Origin: the human T2T-CHM13v2.0 reference genome, Homo sapiens
Reading direction: 5' to 3' (one strand)
Length of the DNA stretch: 64,000 nucleotides
Assembly: GCF_009914755.1 (NCBI RefSeq)
Contig: NC_060943.1
This document shows positions 38,683 to 51,628 of this stretch, piece by piece. Within the stretch, counting starts at the first letter, position 1, and the number at the start of each line of letters is the position of its first letter. The translations under genes and the position numbers were made by a program. Below the pieces are notes generated by a model. That model searched no databases. It had not been told where the DNA came from and saw only the letters and a program-made list of their open reading frames with translations.

Positions 38683-39247
38683 TGTCAGAGATGTTTGAAC
38701 CAGAGTGACTCCATCTTGAATAGGGGCTGGATAAAAATGGAAACTGAGATCCGATGGCCTGTTCCCGGGAGGTCAGGCATTCTTAGCCACATGAGGTTTA
38801 TGGTTAAAGGAATAGTTGAATTCATGTTGACCAAACAGACCCAAGACTTAACAGACCCAGGAAATGTCCTAATGTCCCGATATCTTAAGAACAAAAGCAT
38901 TCTTAGTTTAAGAATAAGTTTCGCTTTAAAGATGCAGATTCTTGTGAAGATGGTAGTTACACAAAGATTAGCACTCCTTTGACACAGCCCTGGTAGTGGA
39001 GCACATCCCCCACAGCTTTTGCTTTGTTATTCTATATATAATCAAGCATTTCAGCTAAGATGGATGCGTTCCTCCTCTTGCCTTTGGGAGCGCCCTGCTG
39101 TGTCTACGAAGTAGCCCTTGCTTTATTCCTATACTTTCTTAATAAACTGGCTTTTGCTTTACTCTGTGGACTTGCCCCCATTTTTTTCTTGTGCAAGATC
39201 CAAGAGCCCTCTCTTGGGGTCTGGATTGAAACCCCTTTCCAGTAACA
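38683..39247 (+). mobile_element. MER41-family ERV1 solo LTR (565 bp)
   Basis: TGTCAGAG..TTTGAACCAGAGTGACTCCATCTTGAATAGGGGCTGG ... GTAACA; TSD AAAC on both sides; TATA near 39034, AATAAA at 39141. Confidence 0.9.
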
Positions 39248-39796
39248 AAACCACAGTGGCCCTGATTTTCTTAGAGAGAGTTCCTGAGAGTTCATAAGAA
39301 AAGATTTGAGTTCTGATTGTATCCAGATCAACCAGCCTGACCTGGACATGTTGACAATTGTCGGTGCCATTACAGGAAAGTCTCCATCCAGGAGAGGTGG
39401 GGGACAGGGCCGGTGCCCATTTGCCTTCTAAGCAAATGCGTCAGAGACTGTTCTAATAGGGAAAGAAAGTATAACTAATGAAATTAAATTCAGGGAAAGA
39501 AGATGAGCTCTACTAATGATTAATTTCAACTTAATAGATCAGCAAGACATGCTGAGTTGAGAAGCTGCCCAGAGGGTTCCAGCCCACTGCCCAAGCACAG
39601 GAGGAACAATGAGAGGAGCGACTTCCGCTCCCCGCACCCGCGGCTTGTCTCTGGGGAAACACAGTTATTAATTGCTCTAAAATGTCAGTCACTTTGCTTC
39701 AAAGTAGCCACTTCCCCGGCTGCTTTCTGATCTCCCCCTTGAAAATGACTTCCAGTGTGGACATTGACTCTAGCTTGTGTTTAAAACAGAATTTGG

Positions 39797-40096
<300 letters not shown>

Positions 40097-40131
40097 CTAC
40101 CCAACCTATCAATGCACTAGGCTTTTACATC

Positions 40132-40290
40132 TTTTTTTCTTTTAAAGACAAGAGTCCCACTCTGTGGCCCAGACTGGAGTGCAGTGGTGCAATCATGACT
40201 CACCACAGCCTCCATTTCTTGGACTCAAGTGATCCTCCTGCCTCAGCCTCCCAAGTAGCTGGGACCACAGGCCCAACACCATGCCTACCT
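40132..40290 (-). mobile_element. Alu right arm (AluJ/FRAM)
   Basis: T-tract, then CTGGAGTGCAGTGGTGCAATCATGACTCAC...CCCAAGTAGCTGGGACCACAGG. Confidence 0.88.
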
Positions 40291-41782
40291 GAAACAAGCT
40301 TTTTACAAAGTGACAAATCAGCTCAGTTCAACACATGTGGGTGGGATCCTGCTGTTCTGCTGCCCTGCCCCTGTGGCTGCAACCTCAGAAGGCAAATACC
40401 CACAGGGAACAGACGCGCCCAGAACAGTGTGAGGCAGGGTCCGCGGGGGCTTCCAAAGAAGAAGACAGAGAGCTAGAAGGGGCCTCAGCTGAGGCAGTGC
40501 CCGTGGGCCAATGGTGGCCGCACTGTCTTCCTGGAGGGACAGGCCCTGGGCTCAGAGCAATGTGCCAGCTGGGGCTGGGATTTTCTACTCTCTCTTTTCC
40601 AGGCACCAGTGGCAAATAGGAAAGGACCACTCCCCCAGGGTTCCCCTTTGGGACACATGGCCTCCTTCCCTCTCCATCCCTTCCTCCTGGGGTTTCATGG
40701 AGCCCCGACTGTGTGCTGGGCCCTGCGGCAGCTAAGGTCACCAGGCTCCAGGCCCTGCTCTTGCAAGAGATCCAGACAAGCTGCCTGGGAAGTGAACAGT
40801 GGGAAGCCACACACCAGGAGAACTGGAGCAGGCAGGCGTCACGGTGCGGTGTGGGGAGGGGTGGACATCTGTATGACAACAAAATCCTCCCTCTGTTTTG
40901 AATCTCGCTGTATTGAACTCTGCAGTCTTTAAAATAATGTAATCTCTAGGACTCTGCAGCTTCCCAAATCCTATTGACCTGTGATTTGGATAAGAACTGA
41001 TCTCATTTGTGTCTGAATGAATGAATGTTGTCTGTGCAAGCAGCTGACTTCAGGGCTAGGCTGGTCTCCAGCATCATAAGAGCAAAGGCATGCTTTGTGG
41101 TTACAGATTGGCACTGGAGCGGCCCTCCCTCCCTCTCTTTTGGGGACCTCGAGGGTCCAGGGGCGAGGGGAGCCGTGCCAGCAGCCTGCCTCAGTGTGTG
41201 TTCTCTGAGCACCTCGTGACCTTGCTGGGAGTGTGTCTGATCAGCCGCTTCCCTTGTGACCAAATATTTGGTCATGGCAGCAGGAGAGAATTCCATCAGT
41301 GGACAGCTCTATTTTTAAGGCTCTGGCTTTGTTTTCTCTTTCCTGAGAGGCAGTCCCTGCAGCAGGCTTGAGCCTCTCTCACTGACAGCCTGCCTCGCAT
41401 AATGTTAAGCAGGCATCGGACACTTGCTGGAAGGCAGGGAATTGCAATGAAAGAGCACGGAGGTGAGAAGCTGTGCTCCTTGGGGTGAAGGCAGCTTCTG
41501 TGCTCCTGGGATCTACTGTTAAGCCAGGGTGACGCCAGCTTGCATGCTACCGGAGGGGTAAGTGTGTGTGTTTGCGTGTGTGTGCACGCATATTCTAAGA
41601 TGACAGCATCCTGTCTGCCTATCACTGCCTGAAGCACCCCTTTCTCCAACCCCACTAATCAGCTCATTCGCTCACCTTCCCCTATGAATGTATCTCTTTG
41701 CCCACCCCTTTGCCTGGGACAACCTGTCAATTTCCAGCCCTCCTCTCTTTCCTTCTCTTTTCTGCAAAACCTCGTGGGATGC

Positions 41783-42856
41783 CACATGAGTCTGTTTTGT
41801 GTTGCCATAAAGAAATATCTGAGACTGGGCAATTTATCAAAAAACTGTATAATTGGCCATGGTTCTGCAGGGTGTACAGTAAGCGTGGTGCCCTCATCTG
41901 CTTCTGGGGAGGCCTCAGGAAGCTTTTACTCATGGCAGAAGGGAAGTAAAGCCGGCATCTCACAGAGCGAGACAGGGAGCAAGAGAGGTGCCTGGCTCTT
42001 TTATTTTATTATTTATTGTATTTTTTGTGTGATTATTTTTAACTTTTATTTTAGGATCAAGGGCACATGTGCAAGTTAGTTATATAGGTAAACTGTGTGT
42101 CATGGAGGTTCGATGTACAGATTATTTCAGATAATGGGCATAGTACTCTGTGGACATTTTTCCTGATCCTCTCTCTCCTCCCACCTTCCACCCTCAAGCA
42201 GGCCTCAGTGTCTGTTGTTCCCCTCTTTGTGCCCATTGGTTCTTATCATTTAGCTCCCATTTATAAAGAAGAACATTCGGGACTTGGTTTTCTGTTTCTG
42301 CATTAATTCACATTGGATAAAGGCCTCCAGCTCCATCCATGTTCCTGCAAAAGACATGATCTCATTTTTTACGGCTGCATAATATTCTATGGTGCATATG
42401 TACCACATTTTCTTTATTCAGTCTACTGTTGATGGGCACCTGGATTGATTCCATGTCTTTGCTGTTGTGAATAGTGCTGCAGTGAACATATGTGTGCATT
42501 TGTCTTTATGGTAGAATGATTTATTTTCCTTTGGGAATATACCCAGTAATGGGATTCTGGGTCAAATGGTAATTCTGTTTAAGTTCTTTGAGGAATTGTC
42601 ACACTGCTTTCCACAATGGCTGAGTTAGGTCACCCTCCCTCCAACAGTGTACAGGAATTCCCTTTTCCACGCAACCTTGCGCCAGGCTCTTTTAAACCAC
42701 CAGCTCTTACATGAAGTCATTGCTGCAGGAAGGGCACCACGCCATTCATGAAGGATCCACCCCTATGACACAAACACCTCCCACCAGGCCCCACCTCCAA
42801 CACTGGGATCAAATTTCAACATGAGATTTGGAAAGGACAAATATCCAAACACATCA
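41783..42856 (-). mobile_element. MSTA-like MaLR LTR split by an L1 insertion (41783-42003 and 42681-42856)
   Basis: GGGGAGGCCTCAGGAAGCTTTTACTCATGGCAGAAGG; CCCACCTCCAACACTGGGATCAAATTTCAACATGAGATTTGG. Confidence 0.88.
42004..42680 (-). mobile_element. 5'-truncated old L1PA 3' end
   Basis: CTCCAGCTCCATCCATGTTCCTGCAAAAGACATGATCTC; TSD GCC(T/A)GGCTCTTTTA at 41990 and 42681. Confidence 0.92.
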
Positions 42857-44430
42857 AGCACCCTCTAATCTAGTAGCTCAATCTCAGCTCTCCTGAGAGC
42901 TGGCCCTGTGGTTTTTGCACATGCGCTTCGTCAGTCGAGGGGTCTTTCTCCTTTGTGACAATGTGACCTCTCATAGGGGACATGCTGCCTGCCCAGAGCC
43001 CCATCAGAGGCTTAGCTGCTCTTGCTATCCAATCTCTCCAGGGACATCGCAACCCTCCTCTTGCACACCCGCCGCTCATGCCCTGAGTGATAGATGGTGT
43101 TGTGTGGGCTGTGCTCCTGTTACGCACCTGCCATTTGTGCCCTCAGGAATAGGTGGCATTGTGTAGGCAGTGCTCTTGGTTTCTGCTGGAGAATAACTGG
43201 TCCATTTTGACCTTCTCCAACCCCACAGTTTTTACCTCTCTTGGACTGGTGCAGGGGAGCATGGCTGGAGGCCAGCCAAGTAGACATTAATTCTTGGTCT
43301 GTCCAACCCTTGGGAAATGCTCCTTTCAGCAGCGCCTCCAGGAGAATGTCCCCTAATTCATAGGGTCCCACCCTTTAGGCTTTCTTACTACCTACTCCTG
43401 GACACAATGGCTGATCCACACGCGAGCACTGGAGCCATTTGGGACAATCATGGAATCACCCGGGGATTTTTTGAGTGGAGTTGATGGTGAAATACACAGT
43501 CTCTGTGCTATCAATAAATATCCTCCTGTTCTGGCTGGAGTCATCCTGGGAGAATGGGGCTGTCATGCGGGGAGGCAGATAGTGGGCTCCTGGTGATACT
43601 TGAACCTTGAGCCCTTCTCCACTGCCATTTGCTTCTGTCGGCACATCCACGTCCCTCTTGAACCACAGCAACCAGGAGGAGGCCAGGCAAAGACCCTGAG
43701 AGGGAGGTGAAGTGGGGCACAGTTGAAAAAACAACACAATTTGGTAACACACTTCAACATTGATCCCAAGGGAAGGTGGATTTTAAAAAAATTATAAGAA
43801 CAAGACCTTTGCCACTGCTCTTGTAGAAGTGGAAGAACAGGAGAGCGGGGCCGAGTGAGAGGCCACCTAATCCATGGGTAGTGCCTGCGAGGCGTCTGCA
43901 ACATTGACCTGGGGCTCTCCCCACTGTGGGTGTGTTTCCTGTGAGTTCAAGGGTTAGTGGAAAAGAAAACAGCAAAGCAAGGTCATGTTAACTGGAAAAT
44001 GTGATTATCTTCAAAGAGGCAAGACACCGTGTGGGCTTCTCCAGCTCACCTCCAAAGAAGACACATTCATTCAGATTTGCCTGGATCCCCAAAAGCCCCC
44101 TTTTTGTAAAGGTCAACAGGAGGAAAAGTCTCTGATGCACCTTAGTTCTGGATTCAAAAATATTTCTGACATTTGGGCTACATGGCACGTCTGGATGTTT
44201 TTCTACTTTCTCAGACTTCCTGGATCGAAATCAAGCTTCTCACCTTTAAAGATCCAAATATCTAACCTTCACCTGCCAATGGTAATAGGGCATTTTCAGG
44301 GTCTAAAATAAAAACAAACAAACAAACCCCAAAAGTAAGCAAGATAAAGGCAGTAGCAGGGCCACCCTACAATCATTGTGCAGGCGCAGTCACAAAGCAG
44401 AGGCCCCTGTTGGGTCCAGTCCCACGGCAT

Positions 44431-44910
44431 TGCAAAGTGACCCCAAAGTGGCAAGTCTCGATTGATTCAAGGTTTCCCTGGCCAGGCTGAGGGTGCACCC
44501 AGGAAGAAGAAACAGAAGTCCCAGCAGGATCTGTGGCCTGTGTTTTTTCTAAAGAGGGTTCCAGGAGCTTCAATATTTAAAGGGGAAAGATCAAGTGGGA
44601 GGGGAAGAGGAAATGAAAAAAAGGAAGGAAGGTAGGCAATGAGGGCAGTGTTACCTTCTTGAAAAGCCCAGATCTGTGCTCAGTGAACATTCATTTCACA
44701 TGCGAAAAGGAAGGCAAAGGGTAGGGGGTGGGCAGTTAATGATGCTTTTGTCTGATGCCCGGTAAATCTACATTTTACATAAGCAAGCATGTGAAATGAC
44801 AGCTATCTGGGAACAAAAGGATGGCAGTTTTTGCATGACTGGGTTCTCAAGCTTTACCTTCCCTTTGGCATGGTGAGTTTCAGGTCCTGAGATTCGGTTT
44901 TTCTTTTACA
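44431..44910 (-). mobile_element. MER4-group ERV1 LTR (MER83-like)
   Basis: CTTCAATATTTAAAGGGGAAAG...TTCCCTTTGGCATGGTGAGTTT...TTTCTTTTACA. Confidence 0.6.
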
Positions 44911-45211
44911 GCATTAGAAAAAGAAGATGGATTTCAATGTATTTAGACAAGGCAAGCTGGTCTAATTCCACCCACACTACACTTTTCTCTGCTGTCTTGG
45001 TCTAGTAGCTACACTCAGCAACATTTCCTTTTGGCTCGTGCAAGTACCTAAACATTAAAGTATCAAAAATTTAAATACAAATGTCAAATATTCACTTGAA
45101 CATAAATTAATATCTGAATATCTAGAGGTGGACGTAGGGTGTAGGGTTAAGGGGAATTCTACTGTATTCTCATATCCCTGGTCACCTTCAAAGTTCATTC
45201 CAAGTAATTTA

Positions 45212-45515
45212 CTTATTTATTTGTTTATTTATTTATTTATCTTTGAGACAAAGTCTCACTCTGTCACCTAGGCTGGAGTGTAATGGCGCGATCTCGGCTC
45301 ACTGCAACCTCTGCTTCCTGGGTTCAAGTGATTCTTGTGCTCAGCCTCCCAAGTAGCTGGGATTACAGGTGCGCACCACTATGCCGAGCCAATTTTTTGT
45401 ATTTAAATAGAGATGAGCTTTTGCCATGTTGGCCAGGCTGGTCTCGAACTCCTGGTCTCAAGTGATCCACCCGCCTCGGCCTCCCAAAGTGCTGGAATTA
45501 CAGGTGTGAGCCACT
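45212..45515 (-). mobile_element. Alu (AluS)
   Basis: (TTTA)n tail, both arms; TSD CAA(T)GTAATTTA. Confidence 0.94.
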
Positions 45516-45979
45516 CAATGTAATTTAAATAGTAGTTTCTATAATACTAATTCATGAGAACAACCCCATTTTACTGATGGGAAAACCGAGGCCCTGAGAT
45601 GCTGAAGCTATCAGGCTACAAGTGGTGATCTGACTCCTATAACAGTGCTCCTTGTTCATTTAAAAACATGATAGGCACCTTTTCTGTGAAGAGGGTGGAA
45701 AATTGCTTCAAAAGGGCTTTGAAATGTGCTACGTAAAGTGCCTTGGAGAAAAGGCCGCTAGAATACAATGTGAAATGCAGTGAATTTTGTATTTTAATTG
45801 ACTCGAAGGCTCACACTTGTCAAGGTGGGGAAATAGCAAGTCAATGACTGTACTGCACACATAAATTACACAACTTCTGAAAACAAATTGTGTTCCTCTA
45901 ATGGATTTTACCTATGAATTAAAAATTGAAAATTCAATTTTCTCTTTGGCCAGCTGTGAGCTTTTGCCTGATAGGAACT

Positions 45980-46575
45980 GAGTTCCAGCTCACACAGAAC
46001 CCCAAGACTCCCTCAGGACCCTGGGCAAAGTCCGGCTCGCAGAGGAACCCTGGCTCCCTTAGGACCCTGGACACAGAGTCCCGGCTCACACAGGACCCCT
46101 GGCTCCCTCAGGACCCTGGGCAGAGTCCCGGCTCACACACGACGCCCCTGCTCCCTCAGGACCCTGGGCAGAGTCCCGGCTCACACACGACGCCCCTGCT
46201 CCCTCAGGACCCTGGGCAGAGTCCCGGCTCACACAGGACCCCTGGCTCCCTCAGGACCCTGGGCAGAGTCCCGGCTCACACAGGACCCCTGGCTCCCTCA
46301 GGACACTGGGCAGAGTCCCGGCTCACACAGGACCCCTGGCTCCCTCAGGACCCTGGGCAGAGTCCCGGCTCACACAGGACCCGCCTGCTCCCTCAGGACC
46401 CTGGGCAGAGTCCCGGCTCACACAGGACCCCTGGCTCCCTCAGGACCCTGGGCAGAGTCCCGGCTCACACAGGACCCCTGGCTCCCTCAGGACACTGGGC
46501 AGAGTCCCGGCTCACACAGGACCCCTGGCTCCTTCAGGACACTGGGCACAGAGTCCCAGCTCACGCAAGACCCCC
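45980..46575. repeat. VNTR, 47/48-bp unit, about 12.5 copies
   Basis: GAGTCCCGGCTCACACAGGACCCCTGGCTCCCTCAGGACCCTGGGCA; unit starts at 46076, 46123, 46171, 46219, 46266, 46313, 46360, 46408, 46455, 46502. Confidence 0.97.
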
Positions 46576-49500
46576 GTCTCCCTCACACCCGCTGACTGAT
46601 GAATTCCTGTGTGTTTTGTATCCGTGACCCAAATCAGGTAAAAGCTGCATAGAGAAATGGGAGGCGGTGGGCACAAGGATCGTGCGACGCCCCGCTGTGG
46701 GTGTGGGACCTGCAGCCTCAGGGGCATGCGGGCTGGCAGCCACTGTCTCCATGCCGGGTACGTAGATACTGCCATCACTTTGGGGTCAGCATCTAGGGCC
46801 CTATTGGAGCTCACACTCAGCTCTACTGGGCATCAGATTCTGTCTGGGATGCAGCACGGTGGGAATTAGAGACATGGGTTGGAAGTGGGGCTCAGAGATC
46901 AGAGACAAATGTGGCCAACTGAAAATCAGGCTGGGCTCCAGCTCCAGCTGCAGATGGGTGGAAAAGTCAGAGGTGCAGCAGCTGCTCCCCAGCCGCGAAC
47001 GGCTGGTGAAATGGGAATCTGGTGGAAAGAGGCTGCACGGTGCTCACCTGAGTGGCCAGGCCTCCAGGCCCGGCGAGGGGGACTCTGAGGTGAGCAGGTC
47101 GGAGGTGCTCCTGGTTTTCCCATCAGCCCTGGTCAGTGTCTGGGGGATGCCCAGGAGAAGCAGCAGAAGCCCTGGGTCCCTGCTACCCATGGAGTCTAGA
47201 GGGCCGAGCCTTTGCCCTGGGATCGGGGAGCCAGGGCATCACAGACACCTCCTGCCCCATGCTGTCCCTGCGCCCCGGGGCATCACTCAGAGACTCCTCC
47301 ATGGCAAGGGCGCTCTGTCTGGTGCCAGCCAGGAGCCAGGGGAAGATTCGATTAGGAGACTATGGGTGCCTTCGCAGGCTTTCAGGAAACTCTGATGGAC
47401 TCATGAGGCCTCTCTTTCCTGGTAGTGGCTCAGGGGTGCTGCAGTGTGTGGCTGGTGTGCTCCACGTCTGTCTTGTCTTCCAAGGGGACTCCCTGGATCA
47501 GAGTTAGGCAGGGACAGGTGACCTGTTTCTGGGATCTCCAATCACTGCCACTGGAATCTAAGGGGACTCACCCAAACCCACCCACAGGGCAAGCAGCTCT
47601 CCTCGCAAATCAATGATGTTCCAAATGAGTTTTTCCAGCAGAGCACACAGAGGCCCCTCTTCAATAACTGCTTAATATCTGTAATAGGTCTTATTAGTGT
47701 TTTCTAAGATAGAGTCCTGTTGAGAAGGCCGGCTGAGCTCCCGTGTGTCTGGCATCTGGCTCGGCAGAAGGGATTTCCATGTCTGCTTGCAGGCTGGGGC
47801 CCAGTCTGGCTCTGGATGGAATGCTGGCCTTGCACAAAGGAAGGGAGCTACAGAAGGCAGGATTCAGAGGCTGAGTCCCCCAGGGATGGAGGACACAAGA
47901 TGTGGAATGCAGGTGTCCTGTGAGCAGGGGCAGGGAGCACGGAAGAGGGCAGTCTCAGGCTGTGCAGAAGGAAAGGCAGCAGCAGCTGCCCTGGCCCTCT
48001 AGGCTTCCTGGGTGAAATCCTTGGCTTTACAAAGACCCATCTCTTGAGGGGCATTTGGGGTGAGGCAGGATGGAGAGGCCCTGGAGTAATGATGTCAGGG
48101 CATGTGAAGGAAGAGAAGAAGTGGTTCTCTGTGCTGGGTTTTGGCAGAGAAGACTTGGAAAGGATTTGAGTTAATACATTTTAAACAATGAGTTTTCAAA
48201 GGTTGTTCCAGGCAGTCTCTGTAGATGCCTCTCACGGGAGGAAGACATCTCCAACCACATTTCAGGAGCCAGCCCTGCAGCTTTATCCATGCCAACAGCT
48301 GAAAACAGCGCCAGGCAGCAAATGTGCAAAGAAGCGTGTGGAGATGCCATGGGGATTCAGGCCTTCAGCCTTGCCCTCCAGGAGATGACCACATTGGAAA
48401 GTTCTGCTCCACCGAGCTTTTGAAGGCGTTGTCAGAGAGCAGAGCGGTTCCACACCCTGCATTGCAACGGAGGCTTAATGCAGTGGCTGTGACTGTTCCC
48501 TCCACTGGGGAGTTCAGCGCAGAGCTCCCCGCTGCAAGGATCTGTCTCTAAGCACCTGCCTCCCCGGAACAAGTCATCACGACAACCAAGAGAGCTTGCA
48601 ACCGAGACTACACAGCCCTCATCCTTGTAAGGAAAAAAAGTGACAGGTATTAAATAGTGGCTATTTGAGGAAATAATAATAAATGTCTTTGGCAGAGTAA
48701 GGCTGATGGCTGCTTGAGTCTCAATGGCTGAGACTCTGTCAGCCTTCCCATTATGAAACCCATTTTTCAGGGTTTATAACTTGAAAGTAAAAATGTGCTC
48801 CAAGCAGAAGAAACCTGGCACATGAAGTCTTTGACCAGAAAGAAAGAACCTGAACAGATTAGTTCAGATCAATTTGAGATTGTAAAGAAAATCTGTCCTG
48901 AGTGTGCACATGGGTCTGGCACTGGGACGTATCACCCAATTTTGGTTGCAAGCAAGTTAACGGTAGGGGAATGTTCATGGAAATCTTGCCCAGAAAGTAC
49001 CTGCCTGATGTTTAACTGGAAGTGCCTATAGGTGGGTCAAATTCTGGGCAAAGAGCATTGGCCCAGTGGCTGCTGGAGAGTAGAGGAGGGGGCACCTTTG
49101 CCCCTAGAAAGAGCTCAGATAGGATCTGAGGCTCTAGGAACTGTGCCCGGTTTCCTGACCTTTCTGAGGGAATCCATCGAACCTGGCATCTAAAGGCCAT
49201 TCAGTGCTGACTGTCCTCTCGATGTCATAAGTCAGATTCCTGCTTCTAGGTCATCCAGGTCCCAAAAGAATTACTTTGCCTAATAAATGAGTACCCAAAT
49301 GGGGAACCCTGGTTCTCCATCATCAGATGCCTCCACTCCATTTCCCAAAGCCCTTGACAAACAAGGTAACTGGATTCCTGTCCAAATGCAATATTCAAGG
49401 TCTAGAAAATAATCAAATGAAATGAAATATCCTGTTCAACACTGAACAGCCTTTAGACTGTCAGTATTGCTAATAGGTCGTGGTGTCTTCCTGATAGAAC

Positions 49501-49707
49501 TGTGGATTCAGCAGTGGGCACGCATGCCATTTGCATCGATTGTTTGTCATTAGAGGGTGGAGATAAGTGAGCTGTGGCAGCACTCATGCTTTCTGGGAAT
49601 TCTCAGTTCCAGGGCACGTGGTCCAAACTCTTAGCTGGGTTTGGTTGGGAACCTCCACAGTTGAAGCATCTTATGGACCAGCTTAGCAGTTTAAAAACAT
49701 TCTTCTA

Positions 49708-49862
49708 TTTTATTTTATTTTATTATTTTTGTATTTTTTAGTAAGTAGGGATGGGCTTTACCATGTTGGCCAGGCTAGTCTCGAACTACTGACTTTAAGT
49801 GATCTGCCTGCCTTGGGCTCCCAAAGTGCTGGGATTATAGGCGTGAGCCACTGCACCCGGCC
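49708..49862 (-). mobile_element. Solitary AluS left monomer
   Basis: T-rich tail, linker and left arm; TAAAA(A/G)CATTCT on both sides. Confidence 0.88.
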
Positions 49863-49869
49863 TAAAAGC

Positions 49870-50540
49870 ATTCTATTTTTTTTCCTGTGGGAAATTTGGA
49901 AAGTATAGAAAAAAAATAGGTAGGAAAAATTAAATACCCAGGCTGCATCATCTGTGCATAATCTGTAGCTAGCCAGTGATAACATTTTTAAACTCCATCC
50001 AATCACTTCTCAGTGATACAGAGCCATATGCTTTACAGAAGTGAGATTCTATTGCATGTTTTTTACATTCTGATTTATGTACTTAGCATTGTATTAGGTG
50101 CATTTTTCTGCCTCCATAGATATTCTTAGAAAAATACCATTTAAAAATTAACTCCATAATCTTCCCTTGTATGGATTTTAAATATTCTATTTATGGACGT
50201 ATTGTTGTTCTTATTTTTTGCTATTACAAAAAATGCCTTGATGGGCACCTTTACACATAAATACTTTTATGCTTCTGATTATTTCTTTAAAATGCACTCC
50301 TGGAGGCTCCTAAAAATGACTGCATCAAAGAATGAACGTATTACAAATTGTTCTGATACAAAGTAAGACACCAGCCCCACCACATACAGTATAAAATGCT
50401 TCTGCTTTCCTGAAGGCAGAGGGTTTCCAAAACAAAGCTGAAATTCTTGGATAGGTTACTATGGCCATGCCTCTTTTTGCTTTTTTTTTTTTTTCTGTTG
50501 TAGAGGTAAAAATACCAAAATAATATTAGTCCACTTTTCT
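49870..50540 (-). mobile_element. Old L1ME fragment
   Basis: AT-rich; TTTTTGCTATTACAAAAAATGCCTTGATG..CACCTTTACACATA. Confidence 0.55.
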
Positions 50541-50569
50541 GTGTTGGTTGGTAATATTTCTTCATAATT

Positions 50570-50960
50570 CCTCCTTCCCTTCCTTTCCTAGTTTTGGTTC
50601 ATTGAGAGCAGTTCGCAGTCCCACCCTCCTGCCTTTGACCATGACCATATGACTTCCTTGGCCAATGTGACATGAACAGACACGTGCCAGAAGCTTTAAA
50701 CGTGTGTGTGGAGTTTCTGCCCATCCTCTTTCCCTCCTGCCCTCAGCCATGACGGGAGCATGCCCCGCGAATCACTGGGCCCAGAATGAAGAGACATATG
50801 GGACACACTTAAGCCCTAGTGTCACTCTGGAGCCCAGCCGGCCGAGCAGCAGCTGATGAGCAGTAGCTTATCCATGAATGAAATCTAAATGAATGTGATT
50901 TCAGCCACAGAAATTTGGGAGAGGTTTGTTACACAGTATTATCACAACAAAACCTGATTT
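50570..50960 (+). mobile_element. MaLR LTR (MLT1H/G-like)
   Basis: CCATATGACTTCCTTGGCCAATG...AGCCACAGAAATTTGGG...TTTGTTACACAG. Confidence 0.65.
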
Positions 50961-51399
50961 GAAGAGCTTTGTTTTTCAGAGGAGGAATATGAAGCTTAGA
51001 AAGATGAAGCAATTTGACCAAAGTTACCCAGAAATCAATCGAAGAGTCCTGTTGAAACTCAAGTCTGCCCTAGTTCTCCAGGCAGTGTTGCAACGTGGTT
51101 GGTGCACACAAGCATGGTTTTATAATATCCTGTATGCTGGCTGGAGTTTTAGGGGTTTCCACTGATGCCTATGGCAGCTGTAGGCCTGATATCCTGCCCC
51201 ACTCAGGAAGACAGCAGCTATCGTAGACGAGGTGACGGACAGGGCTAGAGCAGGGCCTGGGGAAGATGGCAGCAAAACAGCCGGTGTGAAATGACTGGCC
51301 CTTTAAGTTACTTATTACAACGAGTAATTCATTTAGAATTTGAGAAAACGAATGTCAGAATGTGGTGCTTCACACACATGTGGATTCATATGTGTGAAC

Positions 51400-51628
51400 C
51401 TGAGCTAGGGAGTCACATTGCTCAGTGTTAAATTCTAGTTCCTTCGCTCCCCAGCTTTCTGACTTATAAGTTATTGGGACATCTGTGTGTTTCAGCTTCT
51501 TCTTCTATAACATGGGATGACAGGAGTGCTTTCCTCATACGAATGATGTGATGATTAAATAATACTTATAAATACATGGAAGAGTGCCTGGCATATAGTA
51601 GGCACTCAATAAATATTAACTAATTACT
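51400..51628 (+). mobile_element. MIR
   Basis: CCTCATAC..TGTGATGATTAAAT...GTGCCTGGCATATAGTAGGCACTCAATAAATATT. Confidence 0.75.

Noticed and set aside
45926-46627. 233-aa ORF, the longest in the window
   Set aside because: It has a non-ATG (TTG) start and stays open only because the VNTR unit lacks stop codons; the 47-bp unit shifts frame, so the peptide is not periodic in one frame.
46859-47507. GC-rich ORFs of 178 and 123 aa
   Set aside because: No recognisable domain or exon structure; overlapping ORFs occur in several frames, as expected from GC content.
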